Shown: positions 20,499 to 29,779, counted from the first letter of the stretch. The stretch: DNA of 30,470 nucleotides from Prasinococcaceae sp. CCMP 1430 (GCA_013416795.1 RQSC01001226.1:4613-35082), one strand, 5' to 3'. The notes: generated from the letters alone by a model not told the origin. Numbers and translations are program-made.

Positions 20499-20514
20499 TA
20501 CCATCATGATGGTA
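20499..20514. repeat. Perfect 16-bp palindrome TACCATCATGATGGTA
   Basis: Read directly; 235 nt after the stop at 20264. Confidence 0.8.
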
Positions 20515-20958
20515 GGTGACGAAAAAGTGACATCCCCCAACTGCGGCTTTTTTTTTTCACGGCCGCCACCATTTTTTTAAACCAAGATTCCGAGCGCCCG
20601 GGGCGCATACTGCGGCAAGCGCTTGGAAAATGCCTGGGCCCTCCATGCTCCAGATACATAACTTCGAAAAGTCTTGTGTGCGCGTGCGGCGTCCGTAAAA
20701 GGCGCCGCGGAAGCGCGGTGACGTGGCGCGAGCGGGCCGCCGCCTGGCGCTGTTTGAGGTGCGGAGGGGGGGCGGGGAGAGGGTGCCGCCCTGCCCCTTC
20801 CTTCTTCCCCGACTCCCCCTCCTTACCCCTGACAACCACCCGCGTCGGCCCGCCCCCCCTCCCCCTCCCCTGAGCCCCCCCTTCATCCATCCCCTGGACC
20901 TCCCGCCCGACACCCCGCGTGCGCGCGCGCGCCGATCGTCGGCCTCCCGGCCGCCGCC

Positions 20959-22209
20959 ATGCAGCGCCTGCGCTGCGTGGCGCAGAACTACGCATGGGGG
21001 CGGCGTGCGGCCGAGGGCAGCGCGGTCGCGCGCCTCGCCGCCGCACAGGCCGGCGAGGCCGCCGATGGCGCCGCGCCGTACGCCGAGCTGTGGATGGGCG
21101 CGCATCCGAGTGGCATGAGCACCGTCGCCGACGGCGGCGTGCCGCTCGCCGAGTGGATCGAGAGCTTTCCCGGTGGCGCCGCTGCCGCGCTGGGCGAGGC
21201 CGTTGCCAAGCGGTGGGGTGGTAAGCTGCCCATGCTCTTCAAGGTGCTGAGCGTCGCCAAGGCGCTCTCCATCCAGTCGCATCCGGATAAGGCACTCGCG
21301 GAGCGCCTCCACGCCGAGCGGCCAAACGTGTACAAGGACGACAACCACAAGCCCGAGATGACGCTCGCGGTGGAGCCCTTTGAGGCGCTCTGCGGCTTCG
21401 TGGCGCATGAGGAGCTGCGCGCAGCGCTGGCAGCGACGCCCGAATTCGCCGAGGTAGTGGGCGCCGAAAATGCCGCCGCGGCTGCTGCCGCAGCCGGTGA
21501 CGCCGATGCAGAAACCGCCGCGCTCAAGGCGTGCTTCGCGGCAGCGATGACCGCCGTGGACGACGTGCGCGTGCGCACGATTCGCGCGCTGCGCGCGCGG
21601 CTGGCCGCTGCGCCCGAAGGGTCGCTGTCTCCCAAGGAGCGGCTCTTCCTCCGGCTCTACGAGCAGTATCCAGATGATATTGGCACGATGGCCGTGTTCT
21701 TCCTCAACTTCGTCACGCTCGAGACGGGCGAAGGACTGTATCTGGGTGCCAACGAGCCCCACGCGTACTTGTCTGGGCAGTGCGTCGAGTGCATGGCGAC
21801 CTCGGATAATGTGGTGCGCGCGGGACTGACTCCCAAACTTCGTGACACGGACGTGCTGTGCTCGTCGCTCACGTACCGCACGGGTGCGCCGCACGTGCTG
21901 CGGGGCGAGGCCGTCGACGCGTGCAAGCGCCTCTACGCGGTCCCCGCACCCACTGACGAATTCGAGGTCGCGGCGGTCACCGTCGCGCCTGGTGGCACGT
22001 ACGATCTCGCCCCCAACGCGGGCCCACAGCTGGTGCTCGCGTTCGGCGGCTCTGGCATCGCTGCGCCCGTCGGGGGCGAGCCGCTTGCCGTCGGGGAGGG
22101 TGCCGTCTTCTTCGTGCCCGCGGGCGTCGCCGTGGGCCTCACGGCTGCTGCTGGTGACGCCGCGCTCGTGCTCTACACCTGTGCTGTTAGCAGCCGCGTT
22201 TTCGAGTGA
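20959..22209 (+). CDS. MPI: Mannose-6-phosphate isomerase, type I, intronless, 416 aa
   Basis: YAWG, YAELWMGAHPS, LPMLFKVLSVAKALSIQSHPDK, YKDDNHKPEM, EPHAYLSG, ECMATSDNVVRAGLTPK. Confidence 0.97.
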   Translation: MQRLRCVAQNYAWGRRAAEGSAVARLAAAQAGEAADGAAPYAELWMGAHPSGMSTVADGGVPLAEWIESFPGGAAAALGEAVAKRWGGKLPMLFKVLSVAKALSIQSHPDKALAERLHAERPNVYKDDNHKPEMTLAVEPFEALCGFVAHEELRAALAATPEFAEVVGAENAAAAAAAAGDADAETAALKACFAAAMTAVDDVRVRTIRALRARLAAAPEGSLSPKERLFLRLYEQYPDDIGTMAVFFLNFVTLETGEGLYLGANEPHAYLSGQCVECMATSDNVVRAGLTPKLRDTDVLCSSLTYRTGAPHVLRGEAVDACKRLYAVPAPTDEFEVAAVTVAPGGTYDLAPNAGPQLVLAFGGSGIAAPVGGEPLAVGEGAVFFVPAGVAVGLTAAAGDAALVLYTCAVSSRVFE

Positions 22210-22299
22210 GCGCGTGCGCGGCGCGTTAGTGGTGGGCGGGGCGTGCGGATGCAGGGAGCGTGAGTGCGATCTGGCACACGTAATGACAACAATGCACAA

Positions 22300-22656
22300 T
22301 TATACAGTGGCGCCTCCCATTGCCTCTCTCTCCCTGCGCAGGCAGCGACGGCGGCTCGCAAGGGCGCGTCGGGCCCACGCCAGCTCCATCTCGACGCGCG
22401 CGATGTCGCGCAGCACGGATTCGCGCTCATCCTCCCGTGCTCGCGCCTCCTCGTAGACGTCCACGGGTGCGGACCTGCCGACGCCATCATGACGCTCCCC
22501 CGCTCCGCGCGTGCCGTGTCCCTCTTCCTCACGCGTCATTACCCTCTGGCCCGCGACAGCCCGCGCACCCTCGGTTGCGCGTGCCGCGTGCGCGCCAGCC
22601 TCTGCGCCGCCCTCGAGCCGCGCCGCGAGCGCCTCGAAGCGCGCCCACGCGCGTTC
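22300..22656 (-). CDS. IQCC-like protein, C-terminal part; 5' end lost at the single N
   Basis: WARFEALAARLEG and a C-terminal RVEMELAWARRALASRRRCL resemble the two conserved blocks of IQ-domain protein C as I recall them. The IQ motif itself is not visible. Confidence 0.45.
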   Translation of the reverse strand, partial: ERAWARFEALAARLEGGAEAGAHAARATEGARAVAGQRVMTREEEGHGTRGAGERHDGVGRSAPVDVYEEARAREDERESVLRDIARVEMELAWARRALASRRRCLRREREAMGGATV

Positions 22657-22657
22657 N
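22657..22657. other. Single N, probably a contig join of unknown length
   Basis: Apparent coding identity and strand change across this base. Confidence 0.6.
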
Positions 22658-22815
22658 TCGCGCGCAACGCCGCGCTGCTCGCGGCGAGGGTCGCGGCGCA
22701 CGCCTCGGCCGCGGCAGAGGGGGGAGGCGTGCGCGTGCGCGCGCACGCCAAGGCGCACAAGTCGAGCGGCGCGGGGCGCGCGCTGCGCGCACCGGCGTGC
22801 GTGTACACAGCGTGA
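22658..22815 (+). pseudogene. Fragment resembling the N-terminus of a fold-type III PLP enzyme (D-threonine aldolase/D-serine dehydratase family)
   Basis: ARNAALLAARV...GVRVRAHAKAHKSS matches the RN...GVxLRPHxKxHK PLP-lysine motif. The frame stops about 15 codons later. Confidence 0.45.
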
Positions 22816-22922
22816 TATGATGATATATGTACATGTACGGGGGAGCGGGGAGAGGGGCGCTGGCGTCGTCCTGGACCTTGACGGCGAGGCAGACCATCGA
22901 GGCTCTTCTGCGAAAGTCGGAG

Positions 22923-23882
22923 TCACTTCTTGCCCTTCTTGCCCTTCTTGCCCTTGCCCTTGCCCTTGCCCTTGCCCTTCTTCTCCTTCTTTGGGGCAAT
23001 GGACTTCTTGTATGCGCGCCAGACGTTCTGGATGGTGGCCGCCGCGCGATCGAGGCGAATTTCATGCGCTTCGCGCTCCTTGCGCTCAATCTCCTCGGCA
23101 AGCTCGCGCGCCTCTCGCGCCTCGGCCTCAGCGCGCAATTGTGCGTAGTGCTCGTCGTACTCGCGCAGCTGGCGCACCACCCGATCATAGACCATCCTCT
23201 CCTCAACGAGCACCGCCTCCTTTGCACCCATGTCCTTGTCGTACTCGGCGAGCCACTGCACGACCTCGTCCTCCGCCTTGGTCTTACGCTTGCGCAGCTT
23301 GCTCTCTGCCTCGCGGTTGGACTGTTGTACCTCACTCAGTTCCTCAAGCAGGCGCGCCGCCTCGCGCACGAGATTGCCCTCCTCTGTATTGAAGGCTTCC
23401 GCCTCTGCCTCGACCTGCTGCGACTTTTGTGCGGCGAGCGCACGAGCGGTAAGTGCGGCGTGCGTTTCGACACCATCGAGCTCGGCACGCGCGCGCGCTT
23501 CGGCCTCGGCCATCGCCGCCGACTGCCGCGCGCGCTCCCGTCGCTCGGCACCGAGCTGCTGCTGTAGTGACAGGCACTCCTTGCCAGCCTTCTCCTCGCG
23601 CGTCTGCACGTCGTTAAAGTACTCGTTGGTCCTGTTTTCCTCCTCCACCGTGGTGCTCAGCCTCTGTCGCGCCGTGGTGCGAAGGCTGGAGAGCGTCCTC
23701 AGCAGCGCGGCCATGGACGGGCTAGGAGCCATGTCAAGCGACATGAACGAGGACGCCGCGGCGGGGTCACTCGCGGCGACGCGCAGCAGCGATGTTCCGA
23801 CAGACTCGGCACCCTCAATGTCGCCAGCCTGTTCGCACTCGCGGCTTCGCACCAGCAGCGAGCTCAGCTCAGCTCCGACCAC
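22923..23882 (-). CDS. DRC10: Dynein regulatory complex protein 10 (IQCD), main 3' exon; upstream exon(s) unresolved
   Basis: Coiled coil with LRKRKTKAEDEVVQWLAEYDKDMGAKE, IQ motif AATIQNVWRAYK and a KG-rich tail. The acceptor is GCACGCAG|GTG at 23883. A possible small exon (MVSCEGVDTLG|GTGCGT) lies near 24007-24039. Confidence 0.8.
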   Translation of the reverse strand: MVGAELSSLLVRSRECEQAGDIEGAESVGTSLLRVAASDPAAASSFMSLDMAPSPSMAALLRTLSSLRTTARQRLSTTVEEENRTNEYFNDVQTREEKAGKECLSLQQQLGAERRERARQSAAMAEAEARARAELDGVETHAALTARALAAQKSQQVEAEAEAFNTEEGNLVREAARLLEELSEVQQSNREAESKLRKRKTKAEDEVVQWLAEYDKDMGAKEAVLVEERMVYDRVVRQLREYDEHYAQLRAEAEAREARELAEEIERKEREAHEIRLDRAAATIQNVWRAYKKSIAPKKEKKGKGKGKGKGKKGKKGKK

Positions 23883-24233
23883 CTGCGTGCCGCAGAGCGC
23901 GCGCGGGCGAGAGTGTTGGCGTCAGCGCGAGCGCCCATGCAGGTGATGACACACACCATGACCACATGACGCCGCGGGGGTGCGTGTGTGCAGTGCTCAC
24001 ACGCACGCCCAAGGTATCAACGCCCTCGCATGATACCATAGGACCGCGCAAGCGCGCACGCGCGCGCGCCGATTTGGGCACGCCCTTCGCGCGCCCTCGG
24101 GGCCATGTGCTGCGCCTGAGACTCTCCCTTGGCACCATTGCCTCCCCACTGACCCATTTCGCGTGGCTGCGCCACCCGCACCCGCAGTCTCTCCCCCCCC
24201 GCGCGCGCCCCGTCCCCCCCCCCCACCCCCCCC

Positions 24234-24284
24234 NNNNNNNNNNNNNNNNNNNNNNNNNNNNNNNNNNNNNNNNNNNNNNNNNNN
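24234..24284. other. Assembly gap (51 N)
   Basis: Run of N next to a C-rich tract. Confidence 0.99.
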
Positions 24285-24417
24285 NGCGCATGCGCGGGCC
24301 CGCGCCCCCCACCCGCGCGCGGCGCGTCCGGTTTTGGCCCATGCGGGCGCCCCTGCGCCGCGCCGTTCCCCGAGCGCATGCGGAGACGCATCCCGCGGGC
24401 ACGCCAGGCGCTGCGCA

Positions 24418-24477
24418 CGCCCGTGGGTACGTTACTCCTTCTTGCGCCATTCATATACATTTTACGCGCCCGTGGGT
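24418..24477. promoter_or_regulatory. Paired CGCCCGTGGGT motif in the AT-rich patch between divergent DRC10 and Inturned-like genes
   Basis: Copies at 24418-24428 and 24467-24477. The reverse complement contains ACCCACGGG, the same core as the ELIP intergenic repeat. Confidence 0.45.
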
Positions 24478-24824
24478 GTTTTATATTTCTGATCGGGAAG
24501 GGGTTTGAAATGCGAAGGGTTGCCCGCAGTGCGCCCGCGGAGGGCCCGGTTCTTTGCGGTTCCCCGACCGACGGCGCACGCGACTGTTGCAGCGGGGGCG
24601 CGGGGGCGCGCGAGTACGAATGGGCGCGCGCGCGCGGGGGGGTGGGCGCGCGGGCACGCGAGCGCGCGCGGAGCCTCGCGCACGCGCGGGGAGCGCGGTG
24701 CGGGATTCGCAAGGACGTGTGGACGAGGGGCCCAGGCGGGGCGTGCGGGCCATCGCACGCGCGCGGGGGACGAGGGCCACACCGCTCGCTGCGCACGGTC
24801 GGCCACGCGGCAGGCCGGCGCGCG

Positions 24825-27800
24825 ATGGCGCCCCGAGAGGACGCGGGCGCTCCGCCGGCGGACTCGCCGCTGCAGCTGCCGGCGGTGCTCGTGCTCGACC
24901 TGATCGGCGAGGGAAGAGGGAGCGACCAACTGGGGGGTGACACAGGCGCCACGGTTGAGTACGTGTATCCGCGTGCTGCGGCAGCCGAACTCGCTCCGCT
25001 CGGTGGGGTCATGCTTGCCGCAGCCAGCGCGGCGGCCCGCCTGGCCGGTGGTGGCGAGGCCAAGCGTGGCACCGCGGCGCGAGACGGGCTGGCGCGCTCG
25101 GTTGTCCTGCGAGGGTCGCCCCCGCTGCTGTGCGTCTTCGCCGCAAAGGGAGAGCGCCGAGCGTGCGCGGTGGTGCAGCCTTGGGATGCACGCGCGCGCG
25201 GCGCCGGCGCAGATGCAGATGCTACGATGGCTGTGTGCGCCGCGCTCGTCGACGACGCGCAATTCGCTGCAGGCCGCCTCGATGACTGGAGGCTCGAATG
25301 TGCGCGCACACACTCCGAGAGCGGCAGCCACGATGCACTCACTATGGACAGCGCAGCTCCGACGAGTGACAGCGATGCCCTCGCTCTGGATGCCATATTC
25401 GAGGCGCTCCTCGAGCGCGCGTTCCCGCCCGAGCTGCGGCGCGTGCCCGCACACACTCTGGGGTCGTTCGGCGGGCGCTGCTTGATGCCGACACTTGACT
25501 CGGGCGAGGCCATGCTGGCAACGGTGGGAATGGACGCACGAGTGCATGCTCGCCCGCACTCGAGCGCTAAAGCAAGCAACGCCCTGCCGCATGTGCCACC
25601 GCCAAACGAGACGACAGCAGCAGCGGTGCGCGTGGCGCTCGCGGCCGCCGAGCGCGCTCACGCACCCGATGCCGACGCCGGCATGCTCGGGTGCACGCTA
25701 GATGCGCTCGCCAGGCGTGGGGGGGGCGATACGGCGAGCAGCAGGTGAGAACATGCCCTCGTTTGTCGGTGTGGGGACATTCACTCGCTCGCGCGCCCCT
25801 CGCATGCGCCCGCGCGGCTAGGCGCGTACTCTTTGTGCATTTGATGTACCAGAGACACTGAGTGCGGACCGCGCGTGAACGCTGACTGGCTCACTCACGC
25901 ACTGTACACTCCAACACTCACACCGGTGACCATGATGGGGGCCTTCCCGCTCTCCGCCGCGCTCTTCGCCGCCAACGACGCGCAGCGATGCTGTGCGTCA
26001 GCGGCGCAGTGGTGGGGACGTCGATGGCGCCCTCGGATGCGCGCCGCTGCTGGCGTGCAGCGCGTCTGCGCGGGCTGCTCGCGCCTCACCAGCACACCGC
26101 CACGGGCGCAATGGCAGTGCACTGTGGTAGTAAGCGTGCAAGCAAGCGCACGCCCGCTGGCGGTGGGCCGCGGACGCTCCTAATGCACGCGAGCGGCTCG
26201 GTGCTCCTTCTCGTACTAGCGGACGGGCCCGATCCTTCGGAGATGGAGGCGCCCGCAGCATTCACGCGGGTGCAACACGCGAGCATCGAATCATACACGG
26301 ACCTTTCGCCCCCATCGCCGTCGCTAGGATTCTCACCTCCTCCATCGCCACCGGCGGGGGCCGCCAGCGGAAGTGCGTGGGGCGCCGGGACCGTCGGCGG
26401 TGCCGACGATGGCGGAGGTGACGTGCCAAGTCTGGCTGCCGCTGAGGAGGAGGAATATGTCTACTATGAGGACGACGAGGGCAATGCTGGCTACACTGAC
26501 GCTGCGGGAAATTATTACCCTCTGGACGATCTGCATGGATACTACACAGCAACCGGCGACTACGTGCTGTACGACATTCCGGGCTCCTCGCGGCGCCCGC
26601 ATAGCACACACAAGCGGCTGACTCCGGGAAGCTCGCGCTTCGGCAACTTCCGCGCGCGCGCGGCAGAATCGGAGGGGCGAGTGATGGCCAAGAAGAGCTT
26701 CTCCCTTGCTAAGGTTCCCGTTGGCGCCAAACTGAGCGCGCACAAGCGGCTAACCCCCGGTAGCTCGCGCTTCGGCAACTTCCGTGCGCGCGCGGCAGAA
26801 TCGGAAGGGCGAGTGATGGCCAAGAAGAGTTCTTCTCCTGTTGGCGTCCGCAGCCCACGCAGTTCAGCAAAGCCGGGCAACCCTGGTAGCGTTCATGTGC
26901 GGCTCACCGCCGGGAGCGGACGCTTTGGGAATTTCCGGGCGCGTGCTCAGGGTTCCGCCGAGAAGGTAAAGGTGCGGCGGCGGCTTGAGATTGCCGAAGG
27001 CGACGCAGAGGCAAGCGAGGAGGCGCCCCAGGAGGAGGCCGAGGGCGCGTCTGCTGCGGCTGCAGACTCCGTGACTGCTCCACATGAGGCCGTGCCTGCG
27101 CCCGCACCCGATGGTGGAGCGGCGCCCACGAGCCCGCTCGAGATTGCCGAAGGCGACGCAGAGGCAAGCGAGGAGGCGCCCCAGGAGGAGGCCGAGGGCG
27201 CGTCTGCTGCGGCTGCAGACTCCGTGACTGCTCCACATGAGGCCGTGCCCGTGCCTGCGCCCGCACCCGATGGTGGAGCGGCGCCCACGAGCCCAAAGAG
27301 CCGCTTTGCGGCATTTCGGAGTCGCGCGGCTCGCTCTGAGGAGCGCACAACAGCGCGTCGACAGAGAGATGGATCCTCGTCAGGACAGAGCAGCTCGATC
27401 TCCCACGAGGTGAGTTCTCGCGCGTGCGCCTGAGTGTCGTCTCGTGCCATCGGAAGCGGATGCGTCTCAGTGCGTGCCTGCAGAGCCTCTGATACCCCTG
27501 CGCGCATATCTTAGGCTTCGAGCGCCAACGAAAGCGACACCACAGCGTCCGCGTCCGCGCATGCGAGCGCGTCTTCCCAGAGCGGCAGCGACACGCTGGC
27601 CACGCGCCTCGACGCGTTGCTGGCAGCTCCGCGCGTGCATGACGCCGATGCCGAAGCGCTTAGCGCGGCAGTGTCAGAGTTGACGGCATGCGGTGCGCTA
27701 GCAGAGCTCGAGGACGCGGTGGCAGCCGCAGAGATGGAAGCAATGCGCCTCATTGCGGGTGGTGGTGGCACGGGGCGCGCGGCGGCAGGCGATGTCGTGC

Positions 27801-28183
27801 TGGCGTGCTATGAGCCGCTCTCAGGTTTCTTAGCAGCGCCGCTGCTTCTTCCAGGCGTGGCCACTGCGGCGAGTGTGGCCGACATTGGCGCTGGCTCGGA
27901 AGACGATGCTCGTGTCCCTCGGAGCTATCGCTACGCGGCGCTCAGCGCGGCGGCCGCGGTCCGCACGGGCGCCGCTCGCGCAGCGTGCGCGACGGAGGGA
28001 GCCAGCGCTCCCGAGGAGATCGTCACGAGCGTGGCCGTTCCCGCGCGCGCTCATGCGCTGCTTCACTCGCGGCTCGACCGCTGCGGGCGCGAGACCTACG
28101 TGATGGGAAGCAGCGCTGCGCCAGCGGGCGTGCGCATGGCTGTCGCGGCCGTCAGGGCCCGCAGGGCCCTGAAGTCTGTTTAA
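24825..28183 (+). CDS. INTU: Inturned-like tri-longin protein (CPLANE/CCZ1 family). Likely exons 24825-25744, about 25986-27409, 27515-28183
   Basis: Longin 1 is VLVLDL...VEYVYP...ELAPLGGVML and LDAIFEALLERAF. Longin 2 is AAMLCVSGAVVGTSMAPSD...LRGLL. Longin 3 is VLACYEPLSGFLAAP...EEIV...GRETYV. Intron 27410-27514 is in phase 0. The first junction has an unresolved phase mismatch. Confidence 0.65.
26609..26947 (+). repeat. Intragenic peptide repeat HKRLTPGSSRFGNFRARA, three copies
   Basis: Copies at 26609-26698, 26741-26830 and 26894-26947. Confidence 0.9.
26987..27294 (+). repeat. Near-perfect 153-bp in-frame tandem duplication encoding an acidic Ala/Glu/Pro linker
   Basis: 26987-27135 and 27140-27294 are identical except for a 6-bp insertion (CGTGCC). 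Confidence 0.93.
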
Positions 28184-28252
28184 GGTACCCTCGCAGCGAC
28201 AGGGCGCGACACGTACGAGGCGGCGAGAGTGGCGAGCGGTGCGCGCGTTCGC

Positions 28253-29701
28253 TTAGAGCAGTGTGACGACGATTTGCCTCTCCGAGCCCCCTCCCCAGCC
28301 ACCGCCATCGTGATGTTCAACAAGTAGTACACCGGCCCCCTCGGGAAGTGCGAGCTCACCGCCGCGTACGGGCACGCACACGCTGACGCCCAGTAGCGTC
28401 GATTTGATGTGCCCGACCATGTCATCCTCGCCCTCCGCCGTGTGTCGGAAGAACTCATAGTGCCACGCCCGCGGGACCACCGCGCTGGCAGCCTCCTCAA
28501 GTTCTCGCGCTGAGCGGAGCGCGCCCAGCACCAGCGCGGCACTGGTGTGGCGTACGAAGACGTGCACGGCCCCACTCTCGCTACCGCCCGCCGCTGCGCT
28601 CACGGCATCGCGTACTTTCTCAGTGATGTCGACTGCGCCACGGCCGCCGGCGCTCACCGACAGCGTCGTCTGTGCGCGCGCAGGCAGGAGCTGCGCGGCG
28701 ATGCGAGCATCTTGCGCGCCTTCCGCGTGCCGTGCAAGCCACACGCCTTGCCACGTTCCGGTGAGCGGTCGTCCATCCGCGAGCGGCACGCAAACGCTGC
28801 CGCCAATCATTGCGCCCAGTGCGCACACGCCGGCGCGCTCGTCCGCGGGCGCTGCAGACGCGCCGAGCGCGTTGGCAGCGACGCGCGCGAGCGCCGCAGC
28901 CATGTCGACGCGCACATCTGGGTCGCAATTTTCGTTGAGCGTGAGGCTCGCAGCGCGCGCGGCCGAGTCGTTCACATCGTCGAGAAGGCTCATCGTGAGC
29001 ACGCCGCGCTCGTCGACCGCCCCTGTAGCGCGGGCGCCGCGCGTGTCGCGTGAGGGTACGGCTGCGAGGGCGTCGCGGTGGACGAGCGCACAGCCCGCGG
29101 CGTCGGAACGCGCGGAAGGGAGCGAGGTCACTCCAGACGACCCCGCACCGCCGTCGAAGAGCGTCACGAGCACCTCTGCGTCGCGCGAGCTATGCCGGCA
29201 CAGCGGTGGGTCAGGCGGGCACCTCCATTTGGGGTTCGGGGAATGCGGCCGGCGCGTGCGCGTGCTCGCGCGTCCAACTGCACGCTGGCGGGCACGCACC
29301 TGCCACCACCGAAGTCGAACACCCACACGCCCGGTGCCCCGCCCAGTTGCACCTCGCCATCGACCACCCGCAGCTGTAGCGTCGGCCCAACGAGCGCAGC
29401 GAGGAAATCGGCAACGCTGGAATCGCGAAGCGCTGCGCTGGCACACGCGCCGACACCACCGAGCACCGCGGCGATGCCCTCGCCGTCGCATCCCGCGAGC
29501 CCTAGGGCCGTGCCAGCGGCGCGCGCACACAGAAGGACCTCGCCGCTTCCCACGCGCGCGAGCGCCTCCGCACCCACCGCTGTCGTGAGCGCGCCGGCGT
29601 GGATGGTTGCAGCTGTGCTCCCACACCCGAAATCCTCGCGGCCTTCGATTTCATCTTTTCTGCCGTCGCATCTGCCATCTGGCATCTGGCCCGCATCGGC
29701 A
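28253..29701 (-). CDS. Protein of three fused YjbQ/UPF0047 (secondary thiamine-phosphate synthase-like) domains. Exons about 29701-29300 and 29189-28253; 5' exon unresolved, possibly near 30200-30260
   Basis: The phase-2 intron 29190-29299 (AG|GTGCGT...CATAG|C) gives FDFGGGSSRDAEVLVTL. Domain 2 has ASLTLNENCDPDVRVDM and GTWQGVWL. Domain 3 has FVRHTSA and RHTAEGEDDMVGHIKSTLLG. Confidence 0.82.
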
Positions 29702-29779
29702 CTGCACGCAAAAGACTGAAAAGAGCCAACGACGTGCACAACAGGCAACGAGAGCGAGCGCCTGTGGCTGGCCGGAGCC

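Noticed and set aside
5608-20514. CRISPR-like interpretation of the recurring palindrome
   Set aside because: Copies are kilobases apart with whole genes between them, there are no cas genes, and the context is eukaryotic.
16444-20531. Possible terminal repeats around the RHD3-like gene (CTAGCTAG, GTACTGCA, GTCACTTTT/AAAAGTGAC on both sides)
   Set aside because: The matches are only 8-9 bp and mixed in orientation, with no target-site duplication or transposase.
22926-22985. CTTGCC/CTTCTTGCC microsatellite
   Set aside because: It simply encodes the Lys/Gly-rich tail usual for DRC10.
25875-26183. 102-aa plus ORF as an Inturned exon
   Set aside because: The longin-2-like conservation is in the 25988 frame, and this frame ends in a premature stop.
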